DNA of 64,000 nt, taken from the NCBI GenBank assembly GCA_951406725.2, contig OX597833.1:17980001-18044000 (forward strand), given 5' to 3'. Source of the stretch: Octopus vulgaris (taxonomy: Eukaryota). Shown piece after piece: positions 54,415-64,000 of the stretch. The first letter of the stretch is position 1; each line of letters opens with the position of its first letter. A program made the position numbers and the translations under genes. The notes beneath the pieces are model-generated. The model saw only the letters and a list, made by a program, of their open reading frames with translations. It made no database searches and was not told the origin of the DNA.

Positions 54415-55195
54415 TTATATAATAAGGTATAAGCTTTGGGAATTTTTCTTCTTAAGTATTCCTTTCAGTGACGTTCTTTTTAATCACCAAAAAGTAAATT
54501 AACATTCTACTAAATCCTAATAATTTTTATACCAAGTAATTCCTTAGTTTGCGCTACCCGTATATGAGTAGCCAAAGGTATTTCAAGAATGTTTTAATAA
54601 GTCTTACTGGCTGGCAGAAGAAAATCCGAGGAAAATTAAGCATCTTTGTTAAAAAGAATTTGGAAAGCAGAGGAATCAGAAATCAAAGGCTTCTTTTGAA
54701 GTTATTTGGCCAGTTTTGCCAAAACATATCTCTTACTAGAAAAGGCAAAGGGAGTGAAATCCAGACGAACACAGACATGTACGAGTTATCTTTTGGTCGT
54801 TATACTCTTTGGATTGCAGCTGCGCAGAGGCGTCGCCTTGATGTGTTCAGCCAAGCAGATCAGCTCCAGTAAGTATTTTTAAGTTTGGCGCTAATTACAT
54901 TAGACTCTTTTTATTGAGTCGCTAAGTTAAGGGTACGTAAACAAACCAACGCTGGTTTTCATACGGCCATGAGACACAATCAAACAGAAAGTCACGCACT
55001 CTTGCATACATACATATGGCGTGGCTGTGTGGTAAGACGGTTGCTTCACAACCACATGGTTCTGGGTTCAGTCCGACTGTGTGGCACCTTAGAAGTGTGT
55101 CTTCTACTATAGTCCTAAAGCCATCTGAGTGGATTTGATTGAAATAAACTGAAAAGGACCCGTCCTACACACACACACACACACACATACCTACA

Positions 55196-55298
<103 letters not shown>

Positions 55299-55798
55299 GA
55301 ATATAAAAAAATGGGAAAAGAGCGCAAAACATCCAGACAGCTAGATGATAGAAAAAGGGACAGCAAAAGGCAAAGTCGACCTCGGCGGAATTTGAACTAA
55401 GAACGTAGCGGCAGACGAAATACCGATAAGCATTCCGCCCGGCATGCTAACGTTTCTGCCAACTCGCCGCCTTGCCTTCACGACAAAATTAACAAATCAG
55501 TCAATAATATATTCATTTCTCATGAATTCTTGCCACTGTTCCACTAGTTTGTCACTGCCTTTGACCGTAGCAATCACTGGGTCTCCACTCTCATAATTCT
55601 TCGAGCCCCGTTTGCAGCTCTACACTGTTGTTTAAACGAAACACTTTGCAGTCTGTTGGAGAGTGGTTTGAGAAGATGATTATTTGAAGGTGCTATCTTA
55701 GGAATCAGGAGCATACGGCGAATGCAAGAGAACTTTCCAACAGAGCTCTTGGATCTTTACCTTTTGACCGACAGATTTAAAAAATAATTTTTTGTAAC

Positions 55799-56276
55799 TA
55801 AACACTTTCAAACTTCGGACACTGGTAGAATGTGTCATATAAAACATCTTTTACTCTTAGCAGTTTTGAGAAAATTAATTTTTACGAAGTTATTTCACGT
55901 TAAAGTTCTCGTATTTCGGTAATTTCAACCAGTCAATGACGTGTTTTCAGCTGAATAAAATTACTGCTTTTGTTTGTCAACAAGAACTTCCGGCGGTGTA
56001 TATTTCGTTTGTCACTGTTATTTATAACAACTCTAACCCTAAAATCCTAACCCTAACCCTAAATCCTTAAAGCTAAAACCAGTACAAACGCCCGAACGAT
56101 GTCATAAATAACTGACAAACGAAATATACACCGCCGATAGCTGTTGTTGACAAACAACGGCAGTAATTTTATTCAGCTGAATACACGTCATTGATTGGTT
56201 GAAATTACCGAAATACTACAACTTTAACGTGAAATAACTTCCTAAATATAAATATATCGAAGTTTGAAAGTGTTTA
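55799..56276. mobile_element. MITE-like fold-back element with telomere-like centre
   Basis: Inner arms 55886-56029 / 56100-56241, outer taaacactttcaaacttcg / cgaagtttgaaagtgttta, centre ctaaccctaaaatcctaaccctaaccctaa. Confidence 0.8.
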
Positions 56277-56744
56277 CTCTTTTACTCTTTTACTTGTTTC
56301 AGTCATTTGACTGCCGCCATGCTGGAGCACCGCCTTTAGTCGAGCAAATCGACCCCGGGACTTATTCTTTGTAAGCCCAGTACTTATTCTATCAGTCTCT
56401 TTTGCCGAACCGCTAAGTGACGGGGACGTAAACACACCAGCATCGGTTGTCAAGCAATGCTAGGGGGACAAACACACACACATACACACATATATATATA
56501 TATACATATATACGACAGTTTCCGTCTACCAAATCCACTCACAAGGCATTGGTCGGCCCGGGGCTATAGCAGAAGACACTTGCCCAAGATGCCACGCAGT
56601 GGGACTGAACCTGGAACCATGTGGTTGGTTAGCAAGCTACTTACCACACAGCCACTCCTGCGTTACAAAAAATTATTTTTTAAATCTATAGGTCAAAAGG
56701 TAAAGATCCGAGCTCTTAAATAGCATTTTTGGTCAAATTAGTGA

Positions 56745-57283
56745 CTTGTGGGTGAGTGTTGCAGGGAAGAAGCACGCCATATTTCTAGTTGGGTCGTTTC
56801 AGCTGGATTGTCCCTTAAGTGAAGATAACAGGCGACGGAATCGTGAGAGCATTTCATGTATTGAGCCAAATCCCCCGTGGACTGGTGCAGATTCTCGTGG
56901 AGGATATCGATCAATCGATCCGCATGAAACTGAATATGCTGACTGGAATGCGGAGAGCTTTATGCCAAGTCTCCTCACCTTGAAGCATGAAGCATGTGCC
57001 TTCTTCGTATACCTCACAAATGTGTCGAGCGACTTTGGCAGCAATGGAATCTTGACTGAAAGCGAAGAGAGAAGCAGGTGTCGAAATTGCTCATATTTTT
57101 CAACTTGGCACTCTATCGTCATATGTTTGTAAAGAGGTAAAAATTTATTCAAATTTCGAAAACGATAAACAAATGTCGCAAAGGAAGAGCAGAGCTACAA
57201 AAAAATCCCCGTAAAAATATCTTTCGTTTTAACTCAAAATAACATCGGAAAAAAAAAAAACGAATTCATCTGACAGCCCAATA
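56745..57283 (-). mobile_element. Decayed mariner 5' half
   Basis: Terminus tattgggctgtcagatg; frameshifted peptide ECQVEKYEQFRHLL/FAFSQDSIAAKVARHICEVY...ILHENLHQSTGDLAQYMKCSH. Homologous starts at 5330-5395 (+) and 6465-6535 (-). Confidence 0.75.
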
Positions 57284-57559
57284 TGAGTGAAAACAAAAAC
57301 AGTTTCCCATATATCTGTCTAAGCAATTTAAAACTAATTATATTCACATCATTCACTTAGTCTTACACTTCTCCATATAAATCAGATTTAGTGCTTGTTA
57401 TGAACGTCCAGAGTAAATTGTAAATAAAACGGAAAGGAAACGAAATAAGCCTGTTTGTAAAAACTAATTACAGATCAGTGAAACGTTATAATTCTTGACT
57501 GTCTCCCAGGCGGCCAGGTGGCAGATCGCTACTGCGTCAGACAAGAACGCTTAGCGATA

Positions 57560-58140
57560 TTCTTTTCTACTCCTAGGCACCATGCCCGAAATTTTGGGGG
57601 AGGGGACCAGTGGATTAGCTCGACCCATTGCGCAACTGGTTTATCGACCCGAAAAGAGGAAAAGCAAAGTCGACCTCTGTGGAATGTGAACTCAGAACGT
57701 CAAGACAGACGAAATACCTATTTCTTTACTACCCACAGAGAGGACAAACAAGAGAGGACAAACAAGGACAGACAGACGGATTAAGTCGATTAGATCGACC
57801 CCAGTGCGTAACTGGTACTTAATTTATCGACCCCGGAAAGGATGAAAAGCAAAGTCGACCTCGGCGGAATTTGAACTCAAAACGTAGCGGTAGACGAAAT
57901 ACCTATTTCTTTACTACCCACAAGGGGCTAAACAGAGGAGGGGACAAACAAGGACAGACAAACGGATTAAGTCGATTACATCGATCCCAGTGCGTAACTG
58001 GTACTTATTTAAACGATCCCGAAAGAATGAAAGGCAAAGTCGACCTCGGCGGAATTTGATCTCAGAACGTAGCGGCAGACGAAATACTGCTAAGCATTTT
58101 GCCCGGCGTGCTAACGTTTCTCCCAGCTCGCCGCCTTAAA
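57560..58140 (-). mobile_element. SINE family B tandem cluster
   Basis: Three overlapping units ending in the head ...cagctcgccgcct. Confidence 0.85.
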
Positions 58141-58377
58141 CGCTTAGCGATATTCCTTCCGATTTTTTTTACGTTCTGAGTTCAAATTCCGCCGAGGTCG
58201 AATTTTGCCATTCATTTTTTTTTTTTTTACAAGTTGATAGATTAAGTACATGCCAAGTACTGAAGGTAGATGTAATCGACAAGCCTCCTCTTTGGCCTTT
58301 CTACCGAAATTAGAAACCATTCTTCAATGTCTTTTAAGTAGTTGTTTCTGGTTTAGGAAAAAGGAAGGCACACGCAA

Positions 58378-58448
<71 letters not shown>

Positions 58449-59039
58449 TATGCACACACAAACACACACATGCATCTATAGATGTGAGTCTACGAGCCTG
58501 TGTATTTTATATATTTGTGTATGTATATTTGACGCTTTCTAAATGTCTGTACACATATATTTGTATTATTGTCTGGATATATGAGCGCGTGTGAACATTG
58601 TATATATACATATAAATACGTATGCGGAGTCACGTGGCTTAGTGGTTCGGTGTGTTGGACTAACGACTGTAAGATTGCGGTTTCAATTCCTGGACCACGT
58701 GATGCGTTGTGTTCTTGAGTAAAATACTTCATATCACATTGTTCCAGTCAACTCGGCTGGCAAAAAGAAGTAATTCTGTGGGGGTACCGACGTCCCAACC
58801 AGCGGGAGTATATGCGCCATGGAAATTAGAAACCGGCAACCGGCCCTATAAATCTATATGACACGGGAAGGATTTTTATCCTTGAGTGGCTGTGTGGTAA
58901 GTAGCTTGTTTACCAACTACATGGTTCCGGGTTCAGTCCCACTGCGTGGCACCTTGGGTAAGTGTCTTCTAATACACACTCGGGCCAACCAAAGCCTTGT
59001 GAGTAGATTTGGTAGACGGAAACTGAAAGAAGCCCGTCG

Positions 59040-59071
<32 letters not shown>

Positions 59072-61489
59072 TATACGCACACATACACATATGCACATTT
59101 ATATAAATAAATGTATACAAAGCTATATATTGCGTCAAATATGCATACATAAATACATGAATAGATAAAACATACGAATATAAGCAAGTATCTAAGCATA
59201 TAACTATTCACAGACAAATTCAAACAGGATTTTACCATGAATTTATGAATTGATGCATATAGTTACAATTTTGAGCTGCATCGTTGAATATAGTTTCGCT
59301 GGTATCAGTGAGATAGTTTTCATTATGTTGTTCATAATAACCCATGAGTGGCTAGACAGTGTGTTGATATATCTAAGCTTTCTTCTGAGATGAATTTTCC
59401 AGGTACAATGAAATGTCCACGACGTTTGCTTTTTTAAGTATGTATCTATTAGGTTGAGAATCGTAGACTTTTACCTGCATTTGTCTGTGAATTGGGTATT
59501 CCGTAGCTGTAGTAATTCTTTATCCCTGTAAACGCCGTCAGTAACTCCCAGAAATTTCCCTTGAAGGAGTCATAAGCTAAGTTCCGTTGATCTTTGGAGC
59601 CCAAACTGATGTTAAAAGAGTTTCTGTTGTGCTTTCTTTTTTTTCTATCAAGGCTAGCCATGTCACACTCCGTGTCACGCTGAATCTCTCTGAGGCTCAA
59701 AGGTGCAACTTTAATAACTTTGTCAAGGTGTGTTTTGCTTACTTTAAGGTAACACTTGGAGATCAGGACAAAATCTGGGCTTCCCTGTGTTGAAACTCGG
59801 TGTAATGAAGCAATGGAGTGCTCAACCACTTCCACGTTAATTTCGCAAGCAAGCTGTTCCGTTGATCGTATCAGCTGGGGTCCACGTCGTCGTAACCGAC
59901 GGAGTGCTATAAATATATATATATAATGTATGTATATAACTTTTACACTTTTACTTGTTTCAGTCATTTGACAGCAGCCATGCTGGAGCATCGCCTTTGG
60001 TCGAACAAATCGACCCCAGGACTTCTTTGTCAGCCTAGTACTTATTCTAACGGTCTCTTTTGCCGAGCCACTAAGTTACGGGGACATTGGTGTGATGATG
60101 GGGGAACAAACAAGAGACCCCCCCCACACACACACATATGTCAATAAATACATACATACAAACATATATATATATATATATACACGCACGCAAACATATA
60201 TATCACTGCACACACACATGAATACAAACACAAACACTCACATATGTATATAATCATATACACATGTAAAAATTTATGCGCGTGTATAAACATAACGCTT
60301 GTACACTCATACAAACACACAAAAATACACATATCTGTGTGAGATACCTTTATAGATACACGTAAATTTTTACACGTGTATTTGATCATTTACATGTGTG
60401 AGTATTTATATTTGCAGTTATGTATATGTGTTTATATATGCGTATGCATGCATGTGTGTAAATGACTGTGGTTTGTGTCTGACTGTGCAAGCTTATATGT
60501 ATACACGTGCATAAACATTTACAGGTGCACATAATTATACACACGTGTGTTTGTATTCGCATTTTGTGTAAGGCTGCGAGCTGGCAGAAACGTTAGCACG
60601 CCAGGCGAAATGCTTAGCGGTATTTCGTCTGCGTTACGTTGTGAGTTCAAATTCCGCCGAGGTCGACTTTGCCTTTCATTCTTTCGGGGTCGATAAATTA
60701 AGTACCAGTTACGCACTGGGGTCGATGTAATCGACTTAATACCTACGTCTGTCCTTGTTTGTCCCCTCTGTGTTTAGCCCCTTGTGTGTAATAAAAAAAT
60801 AGGTATTTCATCCTTTCATAATTTCGGGGTCGATAAATTAAGTACCATTCGCATACTGGGGTCGATCTAATCGACTGGTCCCCTCTTGCAAAATTTCGGG
60901 CCTTGTGCCTAGAGTAGAAAAAAATATATATTTGCATTTGCGTGTGTGTATAGATAGGTATAAATGTATGTATGCATGTATGCATATCTGTAAGAATATA
61001 TTCTTTCGTTCTTTTATTCCTTTACTTCTTTCTGTCATTAGATTGTGGCCATGCTGGGGCATCGCCTTGAAAGCTTTAGTCGAAGAAATCGAACCCGGTA
61101 TTTACTTTTTTGAAGCCTGGTACTTATTCTATCGTTCGCTTTTTGTCGAAACGTTAAATTATGGGTAATTAAACAAACCAATACCGTTTGTCAAGCGTGG
61201 GGGACAAACTTACACACACACACACACACACATAGTAAATCCAAAAAGAAGAACAAACACAAAAAAACAACAACAACGCGACGACGTGGTACAGACGCTC
61301 GGGAAAGGAAAGAAAGATCGTTTAACGTTTCGAGTAAACGCTCTTCTTCGGAAACAGAGGAAAGTCCAATAGAAAGAAAAACGGAGAAAGAAAATGTATG
61401 GGTAGATGGATGCATGGTTGGATGTATGGATTGATGGCTGGTATGGATGGATGGTTGGGTGAGTGTACTGGGTCGTGAAACAATTCCTC

Positions 61490-61885
61490 TCGTTTCTTTC
61501 CAGTGTTCTTTAAAAGATGCTACTACAGAAAGAACATGCATAGAAATGGTCTTCACAGATGCATTGCATTACGTTCGACCAAGTCAGGTAAATAAGGATC
61601 GATCGAACACGATTATCTACGAGGATCCCTGCAAGTCCACTTGGGAACCTTTGCCCAACAGAAGAGATACTCTCATGATACCGTTACCTATCATCTTCAC
61701 CTGATGGGTAAGGTCCAAAACCTCGGTACATCAGTGCCACATACTCTGAACAAGAGGGACGAACTCTAGCGTTCCTCTATCATTGCCAGTTTGCTCGTTC
61801 GAAAACTGGCTGCTTGTGAACATAGGTTTCTTTAACGCATCATCACTGGCAATGAAAAAGAGAGTGTCTTTGCACCAAAATTGAC
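61490..61885 (+). mobile_element. Decayed mariner transposase fragment
   Basis: RPSQVNKDRSNTIIYEDPCKST / SHDTVTYHLHLMGKVQNLGTSVPHTL...RFL*RIITGNEK, corresponding to the WVPHEL and TGDEKW motifs. Confidence 0.75.
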
Positions 61886-62008
61886 GTGGGCGTGGCTGTC
61901 TGGTTCCAGGTTGAGTCTTAGTGCGTGGCACTTTGGGCAAGTGTCTTCTACTATAGCCTCGGGTTGACCAAAGTGGATTTGACAGATGGAAACTAAAGGA
62001 AGCCTGTC

Positions 62009-62074
<66 letters not shown>

Positions 62075-62075
<1 letters not shown>

Positions 62076-62985
62076 TAAGAAAGTTGGTTTGTGAAAGCAC
62101 GTGGTTGAATATATAGAAAATAGTAAAAAGTGAAAAAACTACAGAAGGCTTGTTTTAAAAGGTTAAAGAATATATATTTAAGTCAATATGTCTGAAGAAT
62201 ATTATAAATTTTTTCTTACAATGACATAGTTTAGAAGAAAGACCGGTTTCGCGTTTAGCTTTTCAAATTTCTTACGTCGTTATGTTTATGTTTAGAAGAG
62301 TTATCGTTATGTTTATGTTGAAAAGAGTTCTAAATAAGGGGAGGTAATAAGTGATTTCTTCCGATGTAAGGGAGATAATCGCTTAAAATTTTTTCCTTTC
62401 CTTTGGGGTGAATTTCTCTGTATAAGTATGTTGGTATGGTTAAGTCTGGGCTTGTACTTTTCAATGAAGAATGTTTCCTTGTTTAGTCTAGTTTGTGTTG
62501 ATGATCCGATAGCACATTGGTAAAATGGAAAGATTAAAAATTGTGGTAGTAGTTGCTTTGCGCATTTCTCAATGTGCTCACTAAAAGGTATCATTCTGTA
62601 TTCTGGGAATGCAATCTGTTGTCGATGCAGTGTGCATCTACGTCTGAGTGATAGTCCCGTGGATCCCACGTAGTCTTGGTGGCAGCCCGAGCATTTTATG
62701 ACATAAATTATGTTTTCAGAGGCACAAGTAAAATTAGATTTGATCTTGAATTTCTGTCCCTCTTTGAAGAGGAATTCTGATCCTTCTAGCAGGTTTGGAC
62801 ATGTTGCACAGTTCGGTCTACCACATTTTTTTTTACTTTTGCATCCGTAATTTCAGAAAACAATTTTGCCTTTGTGAGAATCTTTTTAAGTGATTTAGGT
62901 TGTTTGTAGCTTTTAATGATTTGGTGTATGTTTAGAATTTCCTTTAATTTGAGGTCCTTATGAAGTTTTTTCACTTTTTACTATT

Positions 62986-62995
<10 letters not shown>
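62075..62995 (-). mobile_element. Penelope-like element 3' fragment (GIY-YIG endonuclease plus pLTR), Neptune-type linker
   Basis: SYKQPKSLKKILTKA..., one frameshift in the A-run near 62830, then CGRPNCATCP...FTCASENIIYVIKCSGCHQDYVGSTGLSLRRRCTLH...EH...ETFFIEKYKPRLN; flanked by (TA)n; 62109-62140 is inverted at 62964-62995. Confidence 0.9.
62235..62273 (-). ncRNA. Minimal hammerhead motif in the Penelope pLTR, U3-A8 variant
   Basis: AAGAAA T TTGAAAA GC TAAAC GC GAAA CCGG TC TTTCTT: stem I AAGAAA/TTTCTT with one extra U, 2-bp stem II, palindromic ACCGGT. Confidence 0.5.
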
Positions 62996-63047
<52 letters not shown>

Positions 63048-63055
63048 GTGTGTGT

Positions 63056-63087
<32 letters not shown>

Positions 63088-63449
63088 TTGACTACCACCA
63101 CCGATTGACAACCGGCAGTGTTATTACGTCTCGAACCAAGCAAGAACTGCATCCTCACATCATAACGATCTGCGTTTGGTGAGTGAGGAAAGGGCTAATC
63201 CACTACAAAAACTGCTTAAAACAACCATGCGGTCAATGTAGAGTTTTACATTCAGCAAATGAACCGGCTGTAGGAGAGAAACCGGCAAGACAGTCGGATC
63301 TTTTCTGTTTGGTCTCCACTTTTCAATACCTTCAATTTTTTTCTAATCGACTTCAGATTTGGTGTATTGGTGTAGTTTTGTATACTAATTATGTAAATGA
63401 AATTTTTTTTGCCATAAATTAATAACTAAAATGTTTTTTTTTAAAATAA

Positions 63450-63703
63450 ATAAATGTGCCCTTTTCAAGCCTAGCCAGGCTCATGGGCCCGGTTTCTCGG
63501 TTTCAATGGCGTATGTGTTCCCCAGCTGGACTGGACGTTGTCCATCGCAGCGTTACTCATTTTTGCCAGCTGAGTGGACTGGGGCAACGCGAAATGAAAT
63601 ATTTTGCTCAAGAACACAACGCATCGTCCGGTCCAGGAATCGAAACCACAATCTTACGATCAAGATGCTGACACCCTAACCACTAAGCCAACGCGCCTTC
63701 ACA
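63450..63703 (-). mobile_element. SINE family C, full length
   Basis: Reverse complement of the 18196-18455 unit. Confidence 0.85.
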
Positions 63704-64000
63704 ACTAAAATGTTACTGGCTTTTAAATTTTGCGATTTGTTTATTTGATCGCAAACTTTTGTTTTTGAATTCCGCTACAAAATATTTATGTTTACATGAA
63801 CTGAAGTAGTTTGGTTTTTCTTAACTTAACGTTCAGTTTCTTTCTCTCTTTTTCTTTTTTTTGGGAGGGGGGGGGGTTAATTTTCCGCATTACTAGCCTC
63901 TTCTAAAATTTCGCATGGCTTTATCATAACTTTATTTCTTTAAAATTTTGTAGGAGAGGGAAGGACCGATCCACCACAAAATGCTTAAAACAACATGCAG

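Noticed and set aside
54549-54872. 107-aa non-repetitive ORF ending near a gtaagt donor
   Set aside because: No recognisable motif, non-ATG start and no supported acceptor.

Overview
AT-rich, microsatellite-saturated eukaryotic DNA with no recognisable host protein-coding gene; almost all ORFs in the supplied track are translations of (TA)n, (CA)n, (CATA)n or (AAT)n repeats or of SINEs. The repeat repertoire looks like a coleoid cephalopod, probably Octopus (my inference; no database search was run). The window holds dozens of copies of at least four tRNA-derived SINE families, labelled A-D here; several mariner elements, including one near-full-length DD34D copy at 42960-44251; fragments of RTE, Dong/R4-type and L1/Tx1-type LINEs; a non-autonomous Helitron; a Penelope-like GIY-YIG fragment; a 411-bp x3 tandem repeat; and a 38-bp x15 minisatellite. 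The most interesting signal is a set of fold-back (long inverted repeat) elements carrying minimal type I hammerhead ribozyme motifs at 7277-7321, 13185-13245 and 30669-30727, with a related motif at 62235-62273. Two homologous copies show compensatory change in the catalytic core (C3-G8 vs U3-A8) and swap one palindromic stem III for another. All coordinates were read by eye and may be off by a few bases.
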